IMG/VR virus record: IMGVR_UViG_3300044652_000033
Coordinates: 1-26,832 of that record
DNA: 26,832 bases
Origin: a virus
Lineage: Duplodnaviria; Caudoviricetes
Reading direction: 5' to 3' (one strand)
Position 1 is the first letter of the stretch, and each line of letters begins with the position of its first letter. Below are positions 16,410-24,882 of this stretch, in pieces. A program made the translations under genes and the position numbers. The notes under the pieces were generated by a model. That model did not search any database and had not been told where the DNA came from. It saw only the letters and a list, made by a program, of their open reading frames with translations.

Positions 16410-16910
16410 TCACGGTCTCCCTGGATATTTGGCGTGCAGTTTTTTGCGCAAATCGTCCAGCGCGGTAGCGCTGTCGATATGATCCAACATACGCATCTCA
16501 GCGTTGTTGGTATTCTGCACCGTCCAAATCATGTCTTTCCTTTGACGGAGCCCTTCCAGGAGTAGCTTGCAAAACTCTTCCTGGGCTTCTAAATCGGACA
16601 GATTCTTTTCGGCTTTTCGCACCTCAGGCAGCGTGTCGAGCTTTTCCTTGATCGCGCCTTCCGTAATCTTGTCCCCAACCTGCGCGGCCTTCGCTCGAAT
16701 CGCTAAAGACAACTTGGCGCGAAGTGTTTTCACCTCCATGTCAGCAGCGGCGCGCTGGCGTCCTGATTGAACGCGCAGTCTTGCTGCCTCGAGAAATAGC
16801 GTTGGTTGCGCGAGTGCAGCCGCCACCGCGTTTTTGTCGTCAAACGGAATCCTGTCGAGGATCGCCGCTACGTCCACCGCCTGCTGCAATAGACTTTCGA
16901 TTTCCTTCAT
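16410..16910 (-). CDS. Alpha-helical protein, possibly a UvsY-like recombination mediator
   Basis: All-helical 166-aa protein upstream of ssb/recA; the functional call rests on context and size only. Confidence 0.5.
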   Translation of the reverse strand: MKEIESLLQQAVDVAAILDRIPFDDKNAVAAALAQPTLFLEAARLRVQSGRQRAAADMEVKTLRAKLSLAIRAKAAQVGDKITEGAIKEKLDTLPEVRKAEKNLSDLEAQEEFCKLLLEGLRQRKDMIWTVQNTNNAEMRMLDHIDSATALDDLRKKLHAKYPGRP

Positions 16911-16918
16911 TTTGCCTT

Positions 16919-16934
16919 CACCGTATTGTACAGG
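16919..16934 (-). promoter_or_regulatory. Intergenic promoter-like motif CCTGTACAATACGGTG
   Basis: Fills a rare intergenic gap; 15/16 identical to 26748-26763. Confidence 0.6.
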
Positions 16935-17147
16935 TCAGGTTCGTTTTCTCGGTTGGCGGATCGGTTTTGCGGTAAATCGGTACTGCGGATGCTCGATAGG
17001 CTGTCCGCCGTGCAGGATAACCTCAGCCATTGCGCGATCCAAACCTGTAATCTTTTCGATGTACACGAAAAACTCGTCCGTCTTTTCAGGACGCACGTAG
17101 AGGTTTTCCTTCGTAGACTTTCGAAAGACGAAGTATTGATGCGTCAT
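16935..17147 (-). CDS. Hypothetical protein (70 aa)
   Basis: ATGA overlap with the polymerase stop. Confidence 0.6.
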   Translation of the reverse strand: MTHQYFVFRKSTKENLYVRPEKTDEFFVYIEKITGLDRAMAEVILHGGQPIEHPQYRFTAKPIRQPRKRT

Positions 17148-19951
17148 GCCGCTGCCACCAGCCCGAACTCCTTCTCCATTTTGGCGTTGGTTTCTTCGTT
17201 CTTACGCCGCCAATTGTCGATGAAAACCGGGCCCTCCTCACCGCGATAGCCTACCTTAGCTCCCATCCGATACATCGCCTCCGCCTCGCACGCGAGCGGT
17301 ACGGACAGCGTGAACCCAAAGTTCTTGGTCACGTATTCTGGGACCGAATGCTCCAGCAAATGCTTTCCCTGCGCGTACATTTCGGGAAGGTCTTCCGTCT
17401 CCCCAAAGAAATACAGGGCGTCATGCACCTCCATCACCACGTCCTGAAGCAGGCTATAGGTCTTGGGCTTTTCATGCAGGTTTACCATCGCCATCAGCAC
17501 CAATTGATGCGCGGATCCTTGAATCGGCGAATTGACCGCTTGATTACCCCAGAACGTATGACGCGACTCATCCCAGGACCCAATCTCACGCCGGAACCCG
17601 AACAATGTGTCCGTCCAGCCGTACCGTTCCACGTGGTCGCGCTGGGCTGCGATGTATGCCGCCACGCCCTTGTACTTTTTGAAGTACGCTCGATAGAGTT
17701 CCCCAAACGCCTGGCGCTTGATTTTGACGCCCTTGGACAGCGCATCCTGATAAGCGGATTCTTCGGACATCCCATACACGATGCCGAAGTGCAACTGCTT
17801 AATCATCGTGCGGGTGACCTTGTCCTCCTTGATTTTCGCCGGATCCCAGCCTGTCAGCGAATGACCAACGAGGCAATGCACGTCCGCCCAAGGATCGTCA
17901 GGGTTCTCTGCCTCTGCGGCTCTTTGGAACATCGAAATCAAGAGCGGATCGCGAGAGGCTTCGGCGAGGACGCGGATTTCGATCTGCGAGTAGTCCAGCG
18001 CGAAGATCGCGCGCAAACGACGCAACCTGTCCCAATCCTGTTTTTTGTCGAGGACCAGGCGCCAGTTTTTATCAGAGATCAGCAGGTTCTGGAGCAGCGG
18101 CGACCCATGCAGGTTCTGGAAATTGACGATGCCGTCCGCACCATCCTCCTTGCCACCGCTGCGCATTCTCCCGGTTGCGGTGCCTGCCAGATGCCAGCGC
18201 GTGCGCAGTTCGCCGCCGTTCAGATCCGCGGATTTTTTGTACCCTTTTAGATACGTCGAATCCATCTTGAAGTACTTGCGGTACTCCAAAACTAAACGCG
18301 GAAATTCGTGCCGCTGCGCCAACAGCGACATGATATCCTCTGCCGTGGTGCGCGGACGGTCTTTATCGAGGACAGGTAGCTTTAATTTGTCGTAAATGAC
18401 TTTGGCAACGTCGGCTGGCGTGTTGGGGTTGAAATCCGGATCGCCAGCCATGACGCGGAGTTTTTCACCCAGCCGTTCCACCTGACGCGGAATCACGTCG
18501 CCCAACTGATCCATGTACACGGTGTCGAGGACAGGTCCTTTTTTCTCCATCGCATCCACGACGAACGCGGCAGAGATGTAGACCTTCAACAGCGCGCGGG
18601 TTTTCTGTCCCTTCGGGTTGGTCTTGTGCTCTAGTCTCTTGGTGAGGTCGGCGTCTGCGCAGTTGTAGAGGGACAGTGTAGAAAGCGGGATGCTGGCGTA
18701 GTTCCGATCCTCACCTGGCTTGAAATGCTGGTCGATGATGGACTTGTACCCAGCAAACTCCGGGAAGGCAAACACCGACATTTCGCCCAGCCCGTACTTG
18801 GCTTTATGCGGCCAGCGAAAATACGCGGCATAGAAGGTGTCGAAATCGTACCCTTTGACGCGCAGCCCGTATCGACGCAAGCCGCGCACGTCTGAGGATC
18901 CAAAGTGCAGCACCTTCCTGATTTTCGGATCCGCGAGGATGTCCCGAGCCGTTTGCCAGCAGGCTTCGCGGTCCTCGGCGCTCGCGTTGTTTTCTGGATG
19001 ATCGAGGACGAGACAGCGGGCGTGCGCTTTGGGCAAGGTACCAATCGTGTCGGGCTCATTGGGTACGCTTTTCGTCTTGAACCCAAGGTCCCAGGAAAAC
19101 CCGATCATGAGGAGAATCGAATTTCCTTGATCGTCCAGACCTTCCTCGATATCGACCGAAATCCGCTGTCCCTGCGCTGCCACCTCGCGCAGTTTCGTTT
19201 TAAGCCACGCCGCGTTTTTTGCGGTGGTGACGTTGCGATAATCCTGGGCTTTGATGTAGCCGTAGCGACCAGGCGCAGAGAGGAACGCTTTGGCGGCGCG
19301 GATGCGGTCGCGGAATTCGTACAGGCGCCATTCTGGGTAGTTCTTTCGAACGAAGTACGACGGATGATCGCAGACCACCACCATCCCTTGCAGTTTTTCG
19401 GACCAATAGACAGGCTTGTCGCCCTTGTACTCTTTTCCCAGGAGCGCCTTGACCGCAACCTTGCCAAACACCAAATGAACGACCGCCTTGCCGTCGTTTT
19501 TCTCTATCGCTTGGTCGTTGAAGATGGAACAGTGGAATAGCTGTTCTTCGGACGGTTCGGCGTCGATTCGATTCCCGTGGTCGCTGATTTTCGTGGGTCG
19601 GCAGCGGCAGACGTTCTGGATATCGCAGTCCTTCCGCTCGATCTTGAAACGGCCAAGCTCCTCCCACAGCCATTCGCCAGCCGGACCGACGAACTCGAGG
19701 CCCTCGTCGTTTTCTTTGCGCCCGGGAGCCTGTCCCCAGAGCATGATTCGTCGCCCTTTGATTCGCTCCAGACCAATGACCTTGTTCACCTTGGCGCGGT
19801 TGAGCGAGCAGTAGCGACAGCCGGGAGGTCCCCAGGACAGCCGCTCCTTTTGCTTTGCGGTTTGCTGTTTCCTCGCTCGCCCAGGTTTTCCAGGCTTCTC
19901 GAGGACGACCAGCTTACCCGAATCGAATAGCGACGGCGCAACGTAGCTCAT
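17144..19951 (-). CDS. polA: Family A DNA polymerase with N-terminal family-4 UDG-like domain and 3'-5' exonuclease (SPO1-type architecture)
   Basis: CRYC..GQAPG..E...FVGPAG..NVCRCRP..HPSY; exonuclease DIE and YNCADA; TATGR, NFQN, LDYSQIEIRVLA, R...K...FGIVYG, NSPIQGSA, VHD. Confidence 0.93.
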   Translation of the reverse strand: MSYVAPSLFDSGKLVVLEKPGKPGRARKQQTAKQKERLSWGPPGCRYCSLNRAKVNKVIGLERIKGRRIMLWGQAPGRKENDEGLEFVGPAGEWLWEELGRFKIERKDCDIQNVCRCRPTKISDHGNRIDAEPSEEQLFHCSIFNDQAIEKNDGKAVVHLVFGKVAVKALLGKEYKGDKPVYWSEKLQGMVVVCDHPSYFVRKNYPEWRLYEFRDRIRAAKAFLSAPGRYGYIKAQDYRNVTTAKNAAWLKTKLREVAAQGQRISVDIEEGLDDQGNSILLMIGFSWDLGFKTKSVPNEPDTIGTLPKAHARCLVLDHPENNASAEDREACWQTARDILADPKIRKVLHFGSSDVRGLRRYGLRVKGYDFDTFYAAYFRWPHKAKYGLGEMSVFAFPEFAGYKSIIDQHFKPGEDRNYASIPLSTLSLYNCADADLTKRLEHKTNPKGQKTRALLKVYISAAFVVDAMEKKGPVLDTVYMDQLGDVIPRQVERLGEKLRVMAGDPDFNPNTPADVAKVIYDKLKLPVLDKDRPRTTAEDIMSLLAQRHEFPRLVLEYRKYFKMDSTYLKGYKKSADLNGGELRTRWHLAGTATGRMRSGGKEDGADGIVNFQNLHGSPLLQNLLISDKNWRLVLDKKQDWDRLRRLRAIFALDYSQIEIRVLAEASRDPLLISMFQRAAEAENPDDPWADVHCLVGHSLTGWDPAKIKEDKVTRTMIKQLHFGIVYGMSEESAYQDALSKGVKIKRQAFGELYRAYFKKYKGVAAYIAAQRDHVERYGWTDTLFGFRREIGSWDESRHTFWGNQAVNSPIQGSAHQLVLMAMVNLHEKPKTYSLLQDVVMEVHDALYFFGETEDLPEMYAQGKHLLEHSVPEYVTKNFGFTLSVPLACEAEAMYRMGAKVGYRGEEGPVFIDNWRRKNEETNAKMEKEFGLVAAA

Positions 19952-20169
19952 GCGGGCTGTTTGACGTTACCATTTACCAAAATCTCGCCAATGATATGTT
20001 CCACCGCTTCCGTCGTGCCTTGTTCGCTATGCGGACCCGCCCAAACCAGTTGCCCGTCCACCTCGATAGTGGCAAAGGTAACCTCTTGGTCCTCCACGTC
20101 AATCACAGGTATTCCGATCCGGACATGGATGTTAAAGTCGTATTGGTTCCTAGGAACGTATTGCGGCAT
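19948..20169 (-). CDS. Hypothetical protein (73 aa)
   Basis: Tiles between clamp and polymerase; GAGG SD. Confidence 0.6.
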   Translation of the reverse strand: MPQYVPRNQYDFNIHVRIGIPVIDVEDQEVTFATIEVDGQLVWAGPHSEQGTTEAVEHIIGEILVNGNVKQPA

Positions 20170-20172
20170 GGT

Positions 20173-21294
20173 TTATTTCCTCGCGATGATGAGATCGAGT
20201 TTATTTTTACCCTTCGTACCGCGAAAACTGTAAGGGCTGGCGTCGGTAAACGCTACCGACATGCTGGGCTCGGAGGCGAGGAACTCTGTGAGGGGCAGCA
20301 GCGTGGCTAGCGGCCATTCTACTGCAACGTCCTCAGTCAGCCCCTTGTCGATGGTCAGCGCCTCGTGGAAGGCGCCCTGTAGCGCTTCTGACGTGAGCAC
20401 GACCACCTTTTTCCCAGCGCTTCCTTTGCACCTCACGGAAACGTCTGTCGATCCGCCGCCAGACGTGTATGTCTGAAGCCGTTGCAGGATTATCAAAAGG
20501 TCATTGGGCTTGAAGGTCAGCGTCACCGGAAGTTTGGCGCATTCCTTCACCATGTCTGAAATCTGGTCGGTGGGGAAGCCCACGCGGCATTCGTCGTTTA
20601 TCAGCTGGAATAAATAACCGCTGGGCTGGAAGGTAATCCGCGTCCCTTTTTCGCCGACCTGAATGCCGTCCACGGCTTGGTTGCTCAGGATCTCTGGCAG
20701 CATTCGCGGGAAGGGCATGGTCATCGGGATCGAGGAATCGGCAGCGGAGAACATCACCACCTGATTCGAAGATTGAATCCCTTTACCCTTGGAAAGATAA
20801 ACGCAGTTCAGGTTGGCGGCGGTGGGATCGAGCGGAGCGTATTTAGCGGCGAGCCGAATCAAGGCTTTGTGGTCGTCGGTCAGCGAAACGGTCGTCAGTT
20901 CCTTGAGGTTCGCCTTGGCGTAGCCCGAAACCACGTCCAGCCCTTGGATATTGGCTCGGCGGCGCTTGTACCTGATTTTCAACTCGCCAGCTGACGTTTT
21001 CGGATCCGTTGAGGTGAACTCAGTAATGATATCGTCGGCGTCGGTGGCGCAGTCACAAGCGTTGATAAACGCTGACATGGCGCGCCTGTCTGCGTAAGCC
21101 ACCCACGCCTCGCCGTTCGAAGAACCGTTGGCGGCTACGGCCACCTCGCCGAACATTTCTGCCGACAGCGCCATCGTCAAGTAACCTTTGGACGCGGTGC
21201 AACGAATGTACTCGGACGGACGAATCCCGGAACGCGACGGTACCAGGGAAATGATCGAAAGCGCCTCGCGCAACTTCACAGCAGGCAGGTTCAC
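20173..21294 (-). CDS. Sliding clamp, DNA polymerase III beta-like (divergent)
   Basis: 373 aa, three-domain alpha/beta periodicity, LNCVYL and FP motifs at DnaN-like positions; near polA, with a clamp loader in the window. Confidence 0.65.
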   Translation of the reverse strand: MNLPAVKLREALSIISLVPSRSGIRPSEYIRCTASKGYLTMALSAEMFGEVAVAANGSSNGEAWVAYADRRAMSAFINACDCATDADDIITEFTSTDPKTSAGELKIRYKRRRANIQGLDVVSGYAKANLKELTTVSLTDDHKALIRLAAKYAPLDPTAANLNCVYLSKGKGIQSSNQVVMFSAADSSIPMTMPFPRMLPEILSNQAVDGIQVGEKGTRITFQPSGYLFQLINDECRVGFPTDQISDMVKECAKLPVTLTFKPNDLLIILQRLQTYTSGGGSTDVSVRCKGSAGKKVVVLTSEALQGAFHEALTIDKGLTEDVAVEWPLATLLPLTEFLASEPSMSVAFTDASPYSFRGTKGKNKLDLIIARK

Positions 21295-21950
21295 TTTTTT
21301 CTCCTCATGGCGATGGATTGCAGAAACTCCTCCTTAACGCTCGGGTCATCCTTGAAGCAACCCGACAATGCGCTGGTGACGGTCACGGATCCTGGACGCT
21401 GGACGCCGCGGATCGTCATGCACAAGTGCTCCGCCTCCATCACCAGCCCGCAGCCTTTGGGAGCGACCTCTTCCTGAAACGCCACCACCACCTGCTGCGT
21501 CAATTGCTCCTGCAGTTGCAGACGATGGCTGAAAACGTCGATCAGGCGCGGCATTTTCGAGAGCCCAACCACGCGCTTGTCAGGCAGGTAACCGAAGTGC
21601 GCTTTCCCAATGAACGGCAGCAGGTGGTGGCTGCAAAGGCTGACGAAGTCGATATCGACCACCATCACCATCTGGTCGTAACGTCCTTCCTCGAAGCCCA
21701 CGTCACCGCTGGTTGTCGCAAGCGCTTCGGCGGGCGTAGCGTAATAGCCCCACAGAAACTCGGAGTAAAAATTCGCCACGCGCGTGGGCGTGTCGCGCAG
21801 ATGGCTGAAGTGGACGTTATCGCGCACCACCTTATCACTGACCAACGCCTGTACGCCTCGCTTTAGATCGTGGTACCAGAGGGGCTGCGATCCTGGCACC
21901 AAAGAGGGGTCCTCCATCTGTTCTTCCTTCCTTACAGCAATGTCTTCCAC
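21291..21950 (-). CDS. folE: GTP cyclohydrolase I
   Basis: DTPTRVA, SLCSHHLLPFIGKAHFGYLP, GLSKMPR, RLQLQEQLT, HLCMTIRG. Confidence 0.95.
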   Translation of the reverse strand: MEDIAVRKEEQMEDPSLVPGSQPLWYHDLKRGVQALVSDKVVRDNVHFSHLRDTPTRVANFYSEFLWGYYATPAEALATTSGDVGFEEGRYDQMVMVVDIDFVSLCSHHLLPFIGKAHFGYLPDKRVVGLSKMPRLIDVFSHRLQLQEQLTQQVVVAFQEEVAPKGCGLVMEAEHLCMTIRGVQRPGSVTVTSALSGCFKDDPSVKEEFLQSIAMRRKK

Positions 21951-22909
21951 CGCATCTCCTTTTTCGTCGTATATCGACGTGATACAGATTCAAAAACGTG
22001 CAGGTTGTACAACGCTCGCGCCGCGCGGCTAGAGCGAACATCCTGAAAACGAATCCCTGCCGCTTTTACCTGCTCCGATAGGTAACTCCACTGTCGTCTG
22101 GTCGTCGCGTCCCACGTCACTTTTTGGTCGGATACAGCCACCTCGCGAATCGTCGGTCGGCTGTAGGCGTGATGCACCACGTCCATCACCTTGCCGTACG
22201 CCGCTGCCTTCAGCCAGGTCGCGGAATCGACAGAATGCCAAGGCCAGGAAAACATGTCGCCGCCTGTCATTGCAAAGCCATGCAACGCCACCCCATACTT
22301 TGCGGCGACGTTGAAAACGTGGTCGTAGTACCGGCGACGGCGAACCTTCCCTTCCGTCACCTCCGTCCACGAAACACCAATCAGCCTATGACCTTCGTCG
22401 ATGTAGCGCCGCAGCCAACTTATGGAATCGTCACCGTGGTACACAGGCATCGGTTGCACGCCAAGTTTATAGAGACGCTGGGTGACGTTATAGATTACCT
22501 GGCAATCTTGCTCGTAATCGACGGTCGCATAAAAGTCCAGGAGCCCTGTTTTGCGGATTTCGGCGATGCGCGCCGCATAGGCGTGCAGGTACTCGTCCAG
22601 ACGTTTTTCCACTATCGCCTTGCTGGTATGTTTCGTCTGGCGATTGGCCCAATTGCGTCCGTAAATCAGGTTGTGGAAGGTGTGGGCGCCGCTGTCAAGG
22701 AAAATACGCACGCCGTGCCGCTGGCAGAAGTCAAGGGTCTTGAACTGCTGCCGCGGTCCTTTGGGGGCACCCAGAAAAGCGAATGATACGCAGCGGTGGG
22801 TGAAGGGCACCCGCGCATGAAAGGCGTCCTCGTCCACGTTCGAAACGCCGCTGTAATAGATGATTGGAGAACGGTCGGTTTCGCGGCGCCCAATCCACTC
22901 AGCGGTCAT
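21932..22909 (-). CDS. dpdA: DpdA/TGT-like guanine transglycosylase, copy 2
   Basis: IFLDSGAHTF, TVD, PVYH, LHGFA and WHSVDSATW motifs; adjacent to folE. Confidence 0.8.
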   Translation of the reverse strand: MTAEWIGRRETDRSPIIYYSGVSNVDEDAFHARVPFTHRCVSFAFLGAPKGPRQQFKTLDFCQRHGVRIFLDSGAHTFHNLIYGRNWANRQTKHTSKAIVEKRLDEYLHAYAARIAEIRKTGLLDFYATVDYEQDCQVIYNVTQRLYKLGVQPMPVYHGDDSISWLRRYIDEGHRLIGVSWTEVTEGKVRRRRYYDHVFNVAAKYGVALHGFAMTGGDMFSWPWHSVDSATWLKAAAYGKVMDVVHHAYSRPTIREVAVSDQKVTWDATTRRQWSYLSEQVKAAGIRFQDVRSSRAARALYNLHVFESVSRRYTTKKEMRWKTLL

Positions 22910-23562
22910 ATCTGCGCCGTTTTAGAAAAACATGAAGGCAGGTCGTTGATCGTGTCAATGCGCCAGCGCGGTCCAGAACCCAGTGAGGGAAGGTTTTTTC
23001 CCACGCCAATGAAGGGAACACCTGCCATGTCTGCCGCCGCCTGGTCGTCTGCCATGTCGCCGACGTAGGCTGCGATTTCTGCGTAGGTGTTCATCGCCTG
23101 TAAGACGTGCGGACGCGGCTTTTTGGGCATCGGCGTTTCGCAGGTGACGACTGGATTAAACCAGTACCTGCAATCGAAGCGCTCGAAAGAGCGAATGAGG
23201 TCGCGCACCGGCCGCCCTGTCCAGATCGCTAGCTGGAAGCGCTGGGCGAGTTCTTCGAGCAGTCCTGGACGCGGGAGCCAGACCTCCTTGTCCATCATGT
23301 GCGGAAGAATGCGATTGAACTCTCGGTCGAGGTCCGAATAGTTGCATTTGAAGCCGTTGGCGTCGAGGAACAACTGCGCTGTCAGCACGTCGTCATTATT
23401 GGCGCCGGAATGACGATTGCGGAACTTGATTTGGGTTTCGGCGTCGAAGTCCAGGTCTGAAAACATACCCACCAGTTCCTCCGTCGCCGCAAGGTAGGTC
23501 TGGGAGGCGTCGATTAAAACGCCGTCCACGTCCAGAACGAGAATCGGTTTGGTTATTCGCAT
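22906..23562 (-). CDS. HAD-superfamily phosphatase (subfamily IA, TIGR01548-like)
   Basis: LDVDGVLID, NND, WTGRP, KPRP, YVGDMADD. Confidence 0.85.
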   Translation of the reverse strand: MRITKPILVLDVDGVLIDASQTYLAATEELVGMFSDLDFDAETQIKFRNRHSGANNDDVLTAQLFLDANGFKCNYSDLDREFNRILPHMMDKEVWLPRPGLLEELAQRFQLAIWTGRPVRDLIRSFERFDCRYWFNPVVTCETPMPKKPRPHVLQAMNTYAEIAAYVGDMADDQAAADMAGVPFIGVGKNLPSLGSGPRWRIDTINDLPSCFSKTAQI

Positions 23563-24212
23563 GGTGGGTATAATACCTCCAGGTTTTGTTTGCCGCGAAG
23601 CAACTCTGCCACTGCGTCAGGGCCTTCCGCCTCCGCCATTTCCATGAGCGAAGGCAAACCTGTCTCCACGCTTTGCTCGATTTGCGCCCGCGTAGCTGGC
23701 TTGCCCTCCGCGTACCATTCGACCATGTGCGGATCGCCGATGTTGAACAGGAAGCCTTTACCGTCTCGAATGAGCCTGTAATCCCGCGTCACCCACAGCG
23801 CCGTTACACCCGGATTTCGCGTCAGGCAAACCCCAGCCGACGTTTCCTGAATCGTTTGGTTGTTCAGCAGATCGTCCTCGCGCCGGACCATGTGCGGGCG
23901 GGTGAGGAAAGGGCAGTTGCGCGCCGACCATCGCGCGCAGTCGAGGTGGGATGGCGGCTCCGACGAAATGCGATTGACGCCGCACATAGGACCAATAACA
24001 AAACACAGGTTCGCACCCAGCCGATTCCCGCAAACCCAGCAAAGTTTTTCGGTGATCGCTCGCGTAAACTTCTGGCGGCTCATGGCGCGGAACTCCGGTT
24101 CGCCGTTGATCCATTCGACAAACCAAGGAACGACGTAGCCGCGCTTGTCGATCGGTAGCGCTTGCATCCGCTCTGGGAGCGGTTCCAATTCAGGACGTAA
24201 TAGTGTACTCAC
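23553..24212 (-). CDS. Hypothetical Cys/His protein, putative Zn-binding (219 aa)
   Basis: RGYVVPWFV, LCWVCG, EPPSHLDCARWSARNCPFL; start revised to GTG 24212 with AGGAG SD. Confidence 0.7.
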   Translation of the reverse strand: MSTLLRPELEPLPERMQALPIDKRGYVVPWFVEWINGEPEFRAMSRQKFTRAITEKLCWVCGNRLGANLCFVIGPMCGVNRISSEPPSHLDCARWSARNCPFLTRPHMVRREDDLLNNQTIQETSAGVCLTRNPGVTALWVTRDYRLIRDGKGFLFNIGDPHMVEWYAEGKPATRAQIEQSVETGLPSLMEMAEAEGPDAVAELLRGKQNLEVLYPPCE

Positions 24213-24213
24213 G

Positions 24214-24882
24214 TTATTTCTCCTGGAACGCGGTCGCCGCAGCCGCTTGCCGAGCCACGCCATGGTCGATAGTGTGGAACACCTTGTACAGCGGGATCGA
24301 AGCGTTAAACCCGGTTTTACGGCAGTACTCCAGAAGCCCTGTGATCTCTTCCTGATTCGCCTCGCGCGGAAGGATGGAGACGATGGGCCGCGTGGTCTGG
24401 TGCCTCGGAATCATCGCCAGAATGCGCTCGATATTCGCCTCCCACATGTCTGTGTCGTTGATCGACCAGAACAGGCGCAGCTCGTGGGCGGCGCGAATGA
24501 CCTCCTTGCAGACGGGCAGGCGCGGGTAGGGACCGACGCTCAAAAAGCTGACCAGGTCGAGGCGTTCGAAGGGGTGAAACCCGGTCACATCGAGGTAGAT
24601 GCGATAGCCTATCGCGTCTAGGGTCTCCAGCAACTCGTCAATCATGCAGAAGGACGGATCCGAGCCCATGATATGAACCGTGTCCCTGCCCGCCTGGGAG
24701 CAGGCTTCTGCGATCTCCAGCGCCGTCATGAGCTTGATATCGCACAGGCGCGGCACGCAATGTAGGTACTTGAACTCGGGCAAATGCCCGAACCGGACGA
24801 GGGTCAGCACCTCGCCTGTCTTGGGTCCTTCGCCTTCCACATTGACGAGGATTTCGTTTATTGGAAACTTGGCAACTTCCAT
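24214..24882 (-). CDS. Degenerate QueE paralog lacking a complete radical-SAM cysteine triad
   Basis: Colinear with queE: FPINEILVNVEGEG, LVRFG, HIMGSDP, LDVTG, LSVGP, ELRL, ILP, PLYKVF; start revised to ATG 24882 with AGGAG SD. Confidence 0.75.
   Translation of the reverse strand: MEVAKFPINEILVNVEGEGPKTGEVLTLVRFGHLPEFKYLHCVPRLCDIKLMTALEIAEACSQAGRDTVHIMGSDPSFCMIDELLETLDAIGYRIYLDVTGFHPFERLDLVSFLSVGPYPRLPVCKEVIRAAHELRLFWSINDTDMWEANIERILAMIPRHQTTRPIVSILPREANQEEITGLLEYCRKTGFNASIPLYKVFHTIDHGVARQAAAATAFQEK

Noticed and set aside
14899-16482. 527-aa and 230-aa plus-strand ORFs
   Set aside because: Antisense shadows of the low-complexity ssb gene (Leu/Phe and Ser runs mirror Glu/Lys codons)
17348-18250. 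300-aa plus-strand ORF and the other plus-strand ORFs
   Set aside because: Shadows of minus-strand genes in GC-rich DNA; the minus strand is already fully tiled
17144-19951. Intein in polymerase, RecA or Rad50
   Set aside because: Lengths are explained by known domains; no splice-junction or LAGLIDADG motifs seen
24283-24292. CTGTACAAG and similar partial matches (also ~22005 and ~8741) to the promoter-like motif
   Set aside because: They lack the full TACAAT, are explained by Leu-Tyr codons and are farther from start codons
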